Assembly (NCBI GenBank): GCA_951406725.2
Contig: OX597835.1
Span: 35,836,001-35,900,000, forward strand
From: Octopus vulgaris
Taxonomy: Eukaryota
Length of the DNA stretch: 64,000 nucleotides
Reading direction: 5' to 3'
The position numbers were made by a program, and so were the translations under genes. The notes under the pieces are model-generated. The model was not told where the DNA came from, made no database searches, and worked only from the letters and a program-made list of their open reading frames with translations. Below, in pieces: positions 28,806 to 44,185 of this stretch; the stretch's first letter is position 1; every line of letters begins with the position of its first letter.

Positions 28806-28850
<45 letters not shown>

Positions 28851-28861
28851 TATATATATAC

Positions 28862-28926
<65 letters not shown>

Positions 28927-29839
28927 TGTATGTATATATATATATACATACATAGTGAGGGAAACATTATTGAAATGCTTAACATTTGTGGAGATATATA
29001 TGTACGTGTAAGTATGTTTGTATATATATATGTCTGTGTATATATGTAAAATAGAGTAACAAGAATAGTAATGAAATGAATATGGAAATAAATTTCGAAA
29101 AAATTCTTCACAAAAACAAATCAATCAATCAGAACTCTTTGAAATAGCATGAAAATCCTACAGAATATTCTAGTGTACTTCTAAAATTACCCATAGTGAC
29201 GTAGCGACCCCTACCGAGCATGTGCAGAACCGTACAACATACAATAATCTTTGATTATGCCGTGCTGACGTCTCACTGAGCTATTGCTTGCAATCAGCAG
29301 ACTCCAAACTATGGGCCGCGAACGCAGATTTTCTTTTTTTTACTCTTCTTTGCTGTTGAATTATTTGACGAAATATAAAAATATTCACGAATGTTTTATG
29401 AAATACGCCATTGGCAAAAGTACAACAACGCGAAATTTTCAGTTAGTAGAAAATAAACTCGGAGATATTTCCCGAAGAATATCCTTACACATTAAAATTA
29501 TGCCCCATTGGAAAAGACTGACATAAAGGGCTGCAGGGGTATATCGATTGTAAGTCTGGGAAATGCTGTTTCGACTCCCAAAACGGCACCAAATTTCGAA
29601 CGATGACAGCTATGACACAACAGATTTTTTTATCGCGTTTATTTTTCTTCCATATCTTATTGTGTTACTGATTTTCTGACGAACTAAACTCTATAGATTT
29701 TTTACACTAGTTCACTGGTTTATTGACACACTGGTTTATTGATCTTTGACTGATTGGCTTATTGCAATTTTACTCTCCACCTTTGTGTCTTCCTTTACCA
29801 ACTCGCTATCTAATACCTCAGCACTTCAGGACGTTTCTG

Positions 29840-30660
29840 ACTTTGTTAACTCACCACATTTCTGACTCATCACATATCCGTCTCATCATATTACTGACTC
29901 GTCCCATTTCTGACTCATCACATTCCTGAATCATCTCGTTTCTGACTTACAGACTCATCACATGTCCGACTCATCACTTTACTGACTCGTCGCATTTCTG
30001 ACTCATCACCTGGCAGACACATCACATTTTTGACTCATTACTTTATTGACACACCACCGTCTTGTTCAGCCATCATATTAGTTCAGTGATTTCCTGACTC
30101 ATAAAGGTAATATCTCATCATCTGACTGACTCATCGCGTTAACGACCGTATGGACTTCATCGCTTTATAGATTCAACACCTCAGTGACACATTATATTGT
30201 TCCCCAACTCAACTCCTTACACCTTAACCACCTTATTGATTCCCCATCTCACTGACTCACCGCTTTACTAATTCACTATTTCATCGATTTCTCGCCCACT
30301 GATTCTGACTCATACTTCACAGATTCCCAACTTCAACGATTCACCACATCATCGAATTAGCACCTCGTCGACTCCTCAGTCTATTTTCACATCTCCTTAA
30401 TGATACGCCATCTCTCTGATTCATCACATCGCTAACTCACCGCCTTAATGATGCATGGCATTAATGACTCACAACCTCAGTGACTGCTTGCCTTATTACC
30501 TTCCCACCATACTGACACAACAATTGATAGACTCGTCACGTTACTAACTCACTGCCGTACTGACTCACAGTCTTACGATCTCACTAACTTGCGATATCAA
30601 TGTCATAAGGACTCATCGAAGTACTGACTTCCAACTTCAATGACTCGCCACCTTACCAAC
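29840..30660 (+). repeat. Diverged minisatellite, ~18-19-bp units based on (c/t)tgactcatcacattt
   Basis: Recurrent gactcatc/gactcac motifs across a pyrimidine-rich tract. Confidence 0.7.
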
Positions 30661-31233
30661 ACACCGGATCACTGGTATCCTGCCTGATTGAGACATTGTC
30701 ACAAAGTGTTGTTGGTCGACTGATTAACTTGTTTCTGGTAGCGTTCGGCTGGTAGAATAGTGAGAGTCATTGCTTTTGTAGCTTTGGTTACGTTTCTCTG
30801 ATCTCTCAAGTGGATCAATAAAATAGCATTCAAGAAAAATGTCTATTCTCCGCTTCTTACTCTTTCTCGCTATCTCTTTCTACTCTTTCTTACTCTTTCT
30901 CTCTCTCTCTCACTCACTCTCTATCTCTTTCTCTCTCTTTCCCATTGAAAGAGTGCTACTGTAGTCAAACACGCAGAGAGCTGAGCTCTCGCAGGCTTAA
31001 AACTCACAAAAAATACAACGCAAACTGTCATGAAATCGTCACCCACAACTTTCATCAGGAAGTAATGAAGGCACGTGGCTTAGCGGTTCGGGTATGCGGC
31101 TCAAGATCGCAATCCCGTAAACGAGTAGCCTCTCCTCTGGATTTGCTGACTTCGTGCCAAAATTAGAAGCCAATATTTTATTCTCCTCAAACCAATTAAT
31201 TTTTTTTCTCTGAGATCTCATATGGCAAAGAAA

Positions 31234-32790
31234 ATGCTAACACAAGAAGCGAAAAGACATGCAGTCACTGTTACCGCACGTGCGGAACACAGCGATTTAG
31301 AAATTGCCAAGTTTTTTTATTTGTTTCAAGATGTTTTGTACCTAAAGTTTGGCTGAAATCGGAAGGCTCTGACGGGGAGGTTTCAATCAATTGAAAAATA
31401 TATTTTCAACGCTTGTACACGATAAAGATACTGCAGTTTCATCGAATGGGCTGAAAACAATATCGATGATGATCCCGATGAATCAATATGGGTTATGATC
31501 ACAAAGAACGTCAGGCGTCGGCAATTAGAACAGTGCGGCAATTAAAACATTTAATACAAGACATATGTACTAAGGAGAGGGTGGAGGCACATGGCCTAGT
31601 GGTTAGAGCAGCGGACTCGCGGTTGTGGGATCGTGGGTTGGAATCTCAGACCGGGCGATGTGTGTGTTTATGAGCGAAAACACCTAAGCTCCACGCGGCT
31701 CCGGCAGAAGGTAATGTCGAACTTCTGCTGACTTTCACTCTTTCCTCCTGCATCATGCAGTTCACCTGCGACGGACCGGCGTCCCGTCCAGGTGGGGAAT
31801 CTATACGCCAAGAAACTGGGAAACCGGCCCTTATGACCCAGGCATGGCTCGAGAAGGAACAAAAGAAAAGAAGAGGACAATTTATGTCTACAAAGATTCA
31901 GGAAAACGTTTTGATCCATACCAAATGATTATTTTAACAAGGTTAAAGACCCTTCACAAACATACTTTCGTTCTTCTCCGCTAAGAAAATCTTCGACCAA
32001 GACCAAGAATTTAACAGATGAAATGGTTATGTTCGGATCATTTTGATGTCCCCAGAGTGATGGATACTAAGTTTCCAGCTATTTCACTGTTTTTTATGAG
32101 TATTAAGCAACGAAGATTACGTTACGCCACCTCACATCGCTGTGCTGAGTTTTTTAAGGCGAATCAATACTAATTCGTTGATGTATTGGAAGTTGTTCAG
32201 TCCTGGATGGATGAAATACACTGTAGAAGGCCATACATGTTTCAGCAAGACTCACTAAGTAGCTTACTTACCAACCACATGGTTCCGGGTTCAGTCCCAC
32301 TGCGTGGCGCCTTGGGCAAGTGTTTTCTACTATAGCCTCGGGCGGAGCAAAGCCTTGTGAGTGGATTTGGTAGACGGAAACTGAAAGAGGCCTGTCATAT
32401 ATATGTATGTATATATATATATATGTGTGTGTGTGTGTTTGTGTGTCTGTGTTTGTCCCCACCAACATCACTTTACAACTGATGCTGATATGTTTACGTC
32501 CCCATAACCTAACTGTTCGGCAAAAGAGCCCGATAGAATAAGTACTTGGCTTACAAAGAATAAGTCCTGGGGTCGATTTGCAGGGCCGCAGTCGAATGAC
32601 TGAAACAAGTAAAAAAAAATGGGTAACTATTCACAGAACCCACGTTACCCAGAGATAACTGGATGTGTACCCCAAATGCTGTGGACTAAAATGTTTAAAG
32701 CGCTGTTGAAGAGCAAACAAATCAAAATTCTCAAACTATCATGGCGTCCTTGAAGACCACCATTGTCCAGGTGATGTGCAACATCAATAA
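31234..32790 (+). mobile_element. Decayed Tc1/mariner-superfamily transposon interrupted by two SINEs
   Basis: MLTQEAKRHAVTVTARAEHSDLEIAKF at 31234; FSAKKIFDQDQ (FSDEKNF-like) at ~31970; FQQDS at ~32240; SINEs at ~31585-31865 and 32257-32615. Confidence 0.6.
32257..32615 (+). mobile_element. SINE family A
   Basis: Matches 18196-18605. Confidence 0.8.
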
Positions 32791-33047
32791 GGGTCGTGTG
32801 TGTGTGTGTGTCTGTCTGTATATATATGCGTATTGCTTTCGATCAGTGTCGCCTGACGACTTACTCAAATTATTGACTAATCTCTCGGTCAAAGCTTCTA
32901 GTATTAGCCAAAACGAATTTTTAAATAATTTTGAATCTGCTCTCAGAATTCACTCCCCACCCTCATCAGTAGACGCTGCCTTCTTCTGATTAAACTACGA
33001 AATAATAACCTCAATTTAGCATTTATGTGTATACATACATGTATGCT

Positions 33048-33167
<120 letters not shown>

Positions 33168-33188
33168 TACATACACACATATGAACAA

Positions 33189-33251
<63 letters not shown>

Positions 33252-33339
33252 GTGTGTGCTATTATTTATATATCTGTCAATCTATCTATCAATCTATCTA
33301 TCTACCGAACCAGATATATATCTAAATCTAAATATATGC

Positions 33340-33493
<154 letters not shown>

Positions 33494-33806
33494 CCACGTA
33501 TACATGTATGCATATATACATGCATATATGTATGCATGTATATATATACGTATATGGGCAGACAGACAGACAGATATATGTATATGCATATGCATATAGG
33601 CATGTATGTTGATGGGCTCGCGTAGCAATCTTTATTTCACTGCATACGAGTGCTCGTATATGCTCGAGCTCATTTGTGTGCATATAAATACACGTACGTA
33701 TACAAGCAACGCTCACACAAATACGTAAATATACAGATTCACACACACGCACACACACACACACGTACACACACAAACACACACATACGTAAATATGTAT
33801 GTATAT

Positions 33807-33868
<62 letters not shown>

Positions 33869-34009
33869 TACGATAGTGTATGTGTGTCAAAGTTTGTGTA
33901 AATATTGATTTTCAACTGGCGGTTGTATATATATATATATATGTTTGTGTGAGTGTGTGTGTGTGTATGCGCACATAAATACATCATTTGAATAGATTGT
34001 TTGTGTATG

Positions 34010-34058
<49 letters not shown>

Positions 34059-34104
34059 TATATATACATATACATATACACACATATGTATTATATATAT
34101 ATAA

Positions 34105-34135
<31 letters not shown>

Positions 34136-34140
34136 CATAC

Positions 34141-34249
<109 letters not shown>

Positions 34250-34734
34250 ATGTGTATTATTTGTTTATTATTTGTGCATGTTGATCTAATTGGACTTATT
34301 GAACGACTTATCGGAGTCTTATTAGTTTATTTCTGGAGAATATATTGAGAAAAGCAGGTTATGGCGTTATGTATGCCGTTGTATATAATGACGATCATTA
34401 TTTGTCCACGGTATATTTTAAATATCGTTAATTTGCCGCCGCGGCCACCCACACGCATGCGCACATACTCATACATATACTCATACCTGCATGCACTCAC
34501 ACTAACGCAAAACACGCATATATATATATATATACAGAGACTCGCACATTCATATATACACACATATTCTATAGATGCATATAAAGCGCCGAGCTGGCAG
34601 AATCGATACAACGTCGAAGAAACTGCTAAGCAGTATTTCTTATAGTTTTAAGTTCTGAGTTCAAATAGCAGCGAGGTCGATCTTGCCAAACACATTTGGG
34701 GTTCATAAAATAAGAACCAGCTGAGCAGTGGAGT

Positions 34735-35520
34735 CGAGGAGGAGAAGTAGAGGTATGAGTGTAAGTCGGTGTGTTTGTAGTGTATGGAGGTAGTGAGAGC
34801 GGATTTGTTAAGGGAAATGTCGAGAAATGCGACGGATGTGTTGGAAATTGTGCAGGAGAATTCAAGGATAGGGAGGAGTCTAGTTGTTCGCGGGGGAGTG
34901 AGGTCGCAACGATACAGTCATCAATATGATGACCATATTTTGGTAGTGGGACCAGTGAAGCTTGAAAATATTTGGGCTTCAACGTAGCCAACGAACAGGT
35001 TCGCATAGTTGGGGCTCATCCTCGTTCCCATGGCCATTCCTAATATTTGTTGATAAAACTCCCTCACGAACGAGAAGAAGTTGAGGGAGAGAACAAGTTC
35101 AACCAGACGAAGAAGTGTGGACGTGTCAAGTTGGGGGTTGGGTCGGAGGTCTAGGAAGTGTTTGAGGGCAAGACGTCCTTCGTTGTGTGGGATAACCGTA
35201 TATAGGCTCTTGAAGAAAATTTGAGAGGGCCCAGGAGGGAGGGGGAAACAGTTGAAAAGACGGCGAGCATGGTTAGTATCGTGGAGGTGAGACGGGAGGG
35301 AAGCTACTGGTGGTGGTGGGGTGGGCAAAGAGACGGTCGAGGTATTTCGAGATCAGTTTTGTGGAGCAGTTACAGGCGGAGACGATGGGCGGTCAGAGTT
35401 GTTGGGCTTGTGCATTTTGAGAAGGAAGTAAATGGTGGGGGTGCGTGGATTGCGGACAATGAGGTTGGAGGCGGTGGGAGGGAACGGGAGGAGGATATGA
35501 GGTCATGGATAGTGGAGGAA
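34735..35520 (-). pseudogene. Penelope-like element reverse transcriptase fragment
   Basis: SLYTVIPHNEG..LLRLVELVLSLNFFSF..FYQQILGMAMGTRMSPNYANLFVGYVE, then HIDDC (YIDD-like) after a frameshift. Confidence 0.85.
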
Positions 35521-35546
35521 AGATATATATATATATATATATATAT

Positions 35547-35755
35547 AGTTAATCCAAACAAGAAAGCACAAAAAAGCACAACAACGCGAGGACGTGGAAC
35601 AAATATAGTATTATTGGACGCTCAGGAAAGAAGGAAAGAAGGAGGGTTTAACGTTTCGAGCGGAGCTCTTCGTCGGAAACGTAGGAGAAGGAAAGATCCA
35701 GAGAAGGGAAGACAGAGGAAAAAAATCGCCAACGGTACACACGCGGTCACATTTA
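35547..35755 (-). mobile_element. PLE pseudo-LTR-like repeat carrying a minimal HHR variant (35646-35680)
   Basis: Minus strand GTTT-CCGACGAA-GAGC tcc GCTC-GAAA-CG-TT-AAAC; related copies at ~3330-3500 and ~43447-43640. Confidence 0.6.
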
Positions 35756-38013
35756 TATAAATACAATATGTATACACACATACATATATATAAGTATACA
35801 AGTATATTATGTGTGTGTGTGCGTGTGTGTGTGTGTGTGTGTGCGTGTGTGTGTGTGTGTGTAATATGTATTGGTTGTAGGAACATGGGGAAATGAAAGT
35901 AGAAGTACCTGCAACATTAAACAGAACAGCCTGTCGTTCGTGAAATGAACGTGCAAGTGGCTGAGCACTCCACAGATACGTGTACCCTTAACGTACATTC
36001 AAGATTAAACAGGCCGTAGAAGATTGATTGAGTCAAATCAAAATACAACTATAACAAAGCCAATCACCTTACACTCTTCAGAGATCTATTTCAAAAGGTA
36101 TTACAAAGGTTGTTCTGTCGGAGTAGAACCAGACCCAGAGGGTAGACCGCAGTGTCTGGACGTCTCTGATTAAATTGCTCAAAGCAAAGGAAGGGGTGAA
36201 TATATGAAACGTCATTTGAAACAATGATTGAATTTGCTACCAGCCGCAGATTGCAGACGGGCCTAACGTCTATCTATAGTATGGAGGAAAGAAAACCGGA
36301 GAAGTTGGCTATAAGGTAAATGTAACTCGTGTGAGTTAGAGAGAAACAAAGGCTGGGCAAACAAATATAGATGGGAGGAGTTAGTTTATGAGCCGTGTTA
36401 CATATAGATTTATTACAAAATGAAGAGAATCTTTACAGCTGTTTCAAATATTCAACAACTGGCAGTTTCTGTAATGTATGTTATGTAAACAGGACCTATT
36501 AGAAAGCTGAGTCAGATAGCAATAATAAAAAAGAACTGAGAGAAGAGCACAAACAGTTGAAGGATAGGAAGAACCAGATGAAGAAAAGCTGTATTAATAA
36601 AACCGAAGTCAGAATTGTGGAAATACTTACTTCAGCTTTATCAATCAAGAAAAGGCTGAGTAGAGAAAGAGAGAAACGGGGTGCTCAAATCAGAGGAAAT
36701 CCTTTTACTTTCTTTATTAACGACTTTCGTTTCACATCTTACCTCTAGAAAGTGAGAAGTTGTTTTAGTTCTTAGGAAGATGTACAAAACAAGGTGGCAG
36801 TGATTCACGGTGACCCCAGGAAAGAGTTTCCACTGAGAAAATGTCCTTTCTAATTACCAACCCTCAGGCATATACCTCTTTCAAGAGGTTAGATTTCAGT
36901 CTCGGGGGAATAAGGATAGCGGTGGAAAAATTTCGAGCACAATCTGCTCAAAGACTTATACACCACCACGGAAAAAATCTTCAATAACTACCGACTAATA
37001 CCGTGAAGGCTCGCAAAACATTTATGGGTGATGCTAGACAACAGCAGCTGTGGGGTCCCATTTTCTATTTTTCATCAAGACTTTGAGATATCAAATGGAT
37101 CTGAAGGGTAGACTCATCTTTCTCGAAGAAACAATAAGAAAATCGCTCCGACAAAACACGATCCTTCTATCTACATGTACATTCAGGCTGAAGGATGGAA
37201 GAGATCGGATATTTCTCACCAATTGAGAAAACCAAATACTAGGAATTGGTTAACAAGGCTCTTACTCGTTTCAGTCATTTGACTACGGCCATGCTGTAGC
37301 AAAGCTTTGAATGGTTTAGACGAAAAAATCGATCCAAGTACTTTCATTTATTTAGCCAGGTACTTCCTTTATCCTTTACTTTTGGCGAAACATTGAGTTA
37401 CGAGAACCAATTCCAGTTCTCGAGGTGTTCCGGGGCATACACAAACACAAAAATGCACTTATGTGCACATCGGTGTTTACGACTACGGGGGTTCCATTTG
37501 ATCCAATCAACGGAACAGCCTTCACGTACATGAACGTGCAGGTGGCTGAGCACTCCGCAGACACGTGTACCCATAACGTAGTTATCAGGCAGATTCAACG
37601 TGATGCAGAATGTGAAAAGGATGACAAACTGAGATAGATACAACTCATTTTTGCCACTTAAGTGGATAGGGAAAACGTGAAATATAAAGTTTCTTACATA
37701 ACGGCTCAACACTCTGCTTGTTTTCGAACTCACGACCTTACAGTTGTCAGCTGAATACTCTAAGAAGTAAAACACGCGCCTTCACATACATACATACATA
37801 CATACATACATACATACATACATACATACATACATACATACATACTTACATACATACACTCATACACACGCACATACATTCATATACACACACAGAAACA
37901 CACATATATGTGTGTGTGTATATATATATATGTGTGTGTGTGTGTATGTCTGTGTGTATACATACGTATATATATTTACACATACACAAACATATATCTA
38001 TTTGTGTATATAC

Positions 38014-38121
<108 letters not shown>

Positions 38122-38171
38122 GAATAAATGAAAGAATGGAGTCGAACGAAGATTTTAACAAAATTCCTTTA

Positions 38172-38254
38172 CTCTCAACACATGTTTCGAAGACTGCATA
38201 CTCTTAATTCCGAAGTAATAAAAGGTGCATTATGCCGTCTTCTCATCAGGAAAG
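38172..38254 (-). ncRNA. Mirror copy of the extended-stem-II hammerhead
   Basis: Reverse complement of 38346-38428, differing only within the stem II extension. Confidence 0.72.
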
Positions 38255-38345
38255 ACAAGGAACCTCTATCAGCCTCACTGTGGACACCATGTAGGCAGTC
38301 ATCAAAAAGTTTTTGTTCGTCTTGAGGCTGATAGAGGTTCCTTGT

Positions 38346-38428
38346 CTTTCCTGATGAGAAGACGGCATAATGCTCCCTTTATTCCTTCGGAATTAAGAGT
38401 ATGCAGTCTTCGAAACATGTGTTGAGAG
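38346..38428 (+). ncRNA. Type I hammerhead ribozyme with extended stem II
   Basis: CTTTC-CTGATGA-GAAGAC..(42 nt)..GTCTTC-GAAA-C ATGT G-TT-GAGAG; intact core, GUU triplet, stem I CUUUC/GAGAG with one G-U pair. Confidence 0.75.
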
Positions 38429-39352
38429 TAAAGGAATTTTGTTAAAAATCTTCGTTCGACTCGATTCTTTCATTTATTCGTATAAAAAAAACACACAAAT
38501 TTCCACACAAGAACACGGGATTTCTGCCCTTGGCATGTAGCTTCAACCGTGTTTTCTGACGTGAATTTGCTACCCAGATATCGATTAACCGAATTATCCA
38601 TACTAGGATAATTCATTCATCTACTTATATATATATATATATATAATTATTTGAGGGAATATTATTCCTAACTCACAGGGAAAAATTCAATTTAGAAATA
38701 TTAAATCAAATTTTACTGGGCTTTCATTCACAGTGTTTCCGTGTTCCAGATTCTCTCACAAGGCGTTAGTCTCGGGGTTATAACAGAAAACATTTGCCCA
38801 AGGTGCCGCAGCACAGTGGGACTGAACCGAAGATAACGAAACCAGGTGCTTGAAATGCGTGCCACTTAACCACAATATAATGTGTGCACCTCTAGATAAT
38901 TTTTATATCATAAAAAATAAACCCCACCATTTTATTTCCGTTTGATAGTTCCAATGTGACAAGATTTACGTGAAACTCCACTCTATATACGTTACTGAAC
39001 GTAAGCACACACAATAATTAGTTTCAGTATAAATTCCATGATTTCGCAGTGCAAGGCATGCACGCACAACACAATAAGGATATTGAAAAGACTAACATGA
39101 AATGAGAGACTTGTTTAAGTGGGTAATGAAATTTTAACGATATCGCTTAATGCGCCTGTTTGTCAATTAAATTTTAGTTTCTGACATTTTGTTGTCATAG
39201 AGTGCAATGCTTGTGAGATTTCATTCTTTTATAAGAACATCATGTATATGCATGCATGCTCATACGCATATGTTTATATATACATATAAGCACACACAAG
39301 CACGTATGTATATATGTATATATGTGTGTGTGTGCGTGAGTACATTTTTATG

Positions 39353-39403
<51 letters not shown>

Positions 39404-39472
39404 GTATTTGTAAGTTTGTACGCTTATGCACCTGTGCTTATTGTTTACACACTACAAAAACACACACATAAA

Positions 39473-39519
<47 letters not shown>

Positions 39520-40167
39520 GTATGCATATATACATATATATATACGCATAGGAACACATATATCAATTATTAGTATTTGTGAATATATATGCATATATAA
39601 ATTTTAAATGTGTATACACACACACACATATATGTATATAAACGTATATATATATGTGTGTGTATACATATATATGCATATATATATAGATATATATATG
39701 TGTGTGTGTATACATATATATGCATATATATATATATATAATATATATATATACATACATAAATATGGATATATATATATATATAGATATGTATATATAT
39801 ATATATCAATGTACATGGACATAGCCATATTCTGATACACACACACACTATATATACAGAGAGAGAGAGTTAGGGGGCTAGATACATACATGCAAATACA
39901 ATCATACTTACGTAAACGCTCACATACATGCCTATATAAACCTACTCACACATGCGTGTGCATGTATGCATGTGTTTTTTCTCTTTCTTCTGTTTCTACA
40001 CTTGATCTTTTTTTAAGCGAAACAATTAACTCACGCTGAAAATAAGGTACCAACATGCATGCAAACGTGCATATAACCAAGCATACGCACAACAGCCACA
40101 CATGCACGTACGCAAATTTACACGTGTATATCTATGTGTGTGTGTGTGTGTTTCTGTGTGTGTAAAA

Positions 40168-40223
<56 letters not shown>

Positions 40224-40917
40224 GTATATATATCTTAGAATATGTATATGTATATACGTGTGTGTATATATACATACATATTTACATACATAGATATGAA
40301 CATAAGAGTGTACATACATGAATGTATACAGATATACACCGTGTTTGTATGCATATATGCATAAATACATATATAGACCCAAACATGTATACATCTATAA
40401 ACATGTATAAATACATATATAGACCCAAACATGTATACATGTATACACCCATGTATACATCTATGCATAGATGTATACATGCCTTCCTACATTCATAAAT
40501 ACATACACACATACACACTCACACCTACATACAAAAATACATACACACATACATACATACATACATACATACAAACATACATACATACATACATATATAC
40601 ATGCATACATACATGCATGCATACATACATAAATACATACATATATGCATACATACATACACGCATTCATCCATCCATCCATCCATCCATACATACATAC
40701 ATACATACATACATACATGCATACATACATTCATACATACATACATATATAGACCCAAACATCTATGCATGCATGTATACATGCCTCCCTGCATTCATAC
40801 CTACATGCACACATACACACACACTTACATTCATTCATACATACATACATACATACATACATACATACATTCATACACACATACACGCATACACGCATAC
40901 ATACATACATACATACA

Positions 40918-40951
<34 letters not shown>

Positions 40952-41593
40952 CATACATACATACACACATACACGCATACACGCATACATACATACATAC
41001 ATACATACACACATACACGCATATACGCATACATACATACATACATACATACATACATACATACATACATACATACATACATACATACATACAATAGAGA
41101 TAGACTATAAAGACGTCTCTTTAAAGCACGATCTACTTATTACTTGTTAAGGAACAACTTCCCAAAATGGTGGCTTTTGGCAATATGGCGTTCATAATTA
41201 GACATTTAAGTTCATGACATATCTAAGGATTGTTTTACACTGTAGGATTCTCTTTTTATTGCTGTTGCTCTGGTTATTTTTGTTGTCGTTGATGTTATTA
41301 TTGTTGTAGTTCATATTGTTTCCTTGTTTTTTATATTTACACGCTGTTATTGTTTTAGACCTTGTTATTTTTATTGCCATCGATGTTATTATTTTTATTG
41401 TTTTTTGGCAGCGTTTGATATTATTGTAGTTGTTTTTGTTGCTTTTATTATGATTATAGAGCTTGTTATTGTTGCTCTTGCTATTGTTGGCGTTGTTATT
41501 GCTGTTGTTGTTGATTACAGTGATTGTTGTTGTTGCTTTTGCTGTTGTTCTTGTGATTAGAGCTGTCGTGGTTTCAATCGACGTTCTTATTGC

Positions 41594-41642
<49 letters not shown>

Positions 41643-41676
41643 GATGATGATGATTATTAGTATTATTATTATTATT

Positions 41677-41950
41677 AAGGCGGTGAGCTGGCAGAATCGT
41701 TAATGCGCTGGACGGAAATGGTAAGTTGTATTTCGCCCGTCGCTACGTTCAGAGTTCAAATTCCGCCAAGGTCGACATTGCGATTCGTCTTTGCTGGGGT
41801 CGATAAATTAAAGTACCAGTGAAACTCTGGAGTTAATGTAATCAATTAATCCCCACCCAACCAATAAGTACCAGTTGAGTACTGGAATCGATCTAATTGA
41901 CCAGCTCCTTTGCCCCAAATTGCAGGCCTTGTGCCTATAGGAGAAAAGAC
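41677..41950 (+). mobile_element. SINE family B
   Basis: aaggcggtgagctggcagaatcgtt...gagttcaaattccgcc...ggccttgtgccta. Confidence 0.7.
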
Positions 41951-42261
41951 TTAATATTTTAATGAAAGTCGTTATTTTTCCAGTTGTTGTTGTTATTGCA
42001 TTCGTTGCTGTCAGAGTACCAGTAATTATTAACGTTTATTTTCGTTCTTTTATATTTTGTCTATTACTTGTCTCAGTTATTAGACTGCGGAACGGCTTGA
42101 GCACTGCGTTCAAGCATTTTGGTCGAACGAATCGATTCCAGTACTTATTCTTTTTAAAACCTAATACTTACTCTCTCGGTCTACTTTGTGCCAACGTTCT
42201 GTTGGGGGACATAAACATATCAACACCGGTTTCAATTATAGTGGTGGTCGTGGTGGACAGT

Positions 42262-42334
<73 letters not shown>

Positions 42335-42518
42335 TTTTATGGAATTTAGAGACAAACCGCTAATTCGTTATTCAATCAATACTCAAAAAGATATTATCTA
42401 CAATACCCACATAGAAATTAATTAACTATATTATAATTATTAATCCAAAAATCCCAAAACAAATCAAACATTATCTTTCAGTATTTATTGAATAACGAAT
42501 TTGCAGTTTGTCTCTAAG

Positions 42519-42621
<103 letters not shown>

Positions 42622-43329
42622 GTATTATGAATTCTTGATTTAGTGTGCTAAATTGAATTTTATCCCCTGCTCACTTGGAATTTTTATATTCCTTAACTAT
42701 TAATAATATTCATATATATACATATATGTATATATATATATATGTGTGTGTATGTATGTATGTATGTATGTATGTATGTATGTATGTATGTATGTATGTA
42801 TGTATGTATGTATGTATGTATGTATTGGCTGAATCTTTAGGGCATTCAACAAAATGGATGGTGGTATTAGTTTTAGTTCTTTTTGTTCTGGGTTCAAAAC
42901 ATGTTGGGATCAACAGGTCATGCGGGGCTCGATAAAATATAGTTCTACTTTAGTGAAGGCGATATAACCGAATGTCCTCTCCCCACTAATTTTACACCTT
43001 GTACTTATGCAAATAATCAATATCACAGACTCACAGGCTCACTGTATATATATCTCGTTAAATGCTAAAGAGACTGCGGTATTTCGTTTAAGAGAAAACG
43101 CATTGAAAGTCTTATCGTATCAAAAAAAGCAGAAAAGCATATTTCAAAGCAAGCGAAACGAAATCGCCCCGAAAAAAAAAGAAACAACAGCTATAGATAA
43201 TCTTTACATTATTAAGATGTTTCTAACAGACACAAACATACACATACACACAAGCACACACACACACGCATATATATATATGTGTGTGTATATATGTGTG
43301 TGAGCATGTATGTATGTATCTATCTCTAT

Positions 43330-43382
<53 letters not shown>

Positions 43383-43538
43383 TCTGTATGTGTGTATATG
43401 TATATATATATGCATTTGTATGTATATGTGCATATATATATATATAAAGGGAGAGTTTACGAAAAAAAACAAAAGACGAAGACAGGTGGTGTACAAAACA
43501 AACAAACGTATTAGTATAACGCTCAGGAATAGAAAAGT

Positions 43539-43575
43539 CTTTTATGTTTCGAGCCTACGCTCTTCTACAGAAAAG
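43539..43575 (-). ncRNA. Degenerate minimal hammerhead-like motif
   Basis: Minus strand CTTTT-CTGTAGAA-GAGC gtag GCTC-GAAA-CA-TA-AAAG; same family as 35646-35680. Confidence 0.4.
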
Positions 43576-43959
43576 GACACAGAAAAAAACAAGGGGAGAA
43601 ACAAGGAGAGAAAAAAATGTGTGTAGTGACTAAAATTCTATCATAGCGATCATGATATATGTATATATATATATATATATATTCATACATATATAATGGT
43701 GCGCAGCCTAGGCTAGTAGGTAAGATGGAGTACTCACGACATCAATATCATAGGTTCTACTTCTGTACCAGGCAGAGTGTTGAGTACCTGAACAAAGCAC
43801 TTACTTTCAGGTTTCTCGAGTCCACTCAGCTGTATATGCGTAACTCTGCGACTAAATAATATTCCAATCAGTGGGGATGTTGGCCCGCTCGCTTGGCCAG
43901 CTGGATAAGATCATCCAAACACTAAAACAATGCGTAACGGGGCTCGCACACAATTTCTC

Positions 43960-44185
43960 ATTTCTTTATTGCCCACAAGAGGCTAAACATAGAGGGAACA
44001 AACAAGGACAAACAAAGGGATTAAGTCGATTACATTGACCCCAGTGTGTAACTGGTACTTAATTTATCGACCGCGAAAGGATGAAAGGCAAAGTCGACCT
44101 CGGCGGAATTTGAACTCAGAGCGTAACGGCAGACGAAATACTGCTAAGCGTTTCGCCCGGCGTGCTAACGTTTCTGCCAGCTCCC
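43960..44185 (-). mobile_element. SINE family B
   Basis: Reverse complement of the 51929-52160 unit. Confidence 0.8.

Noticed and set aside
29840-30660. CRISPR-like array
   Set aside because: No constant repeat with unique fixed-length spacers, no cas genes, eukaryotic context
36430-36520. Minus-strand GAAACAGCTGTA resembling the 3' half of an HHR
   Set aside because: No matching CUGANGA core or stem II found at a plausible distance
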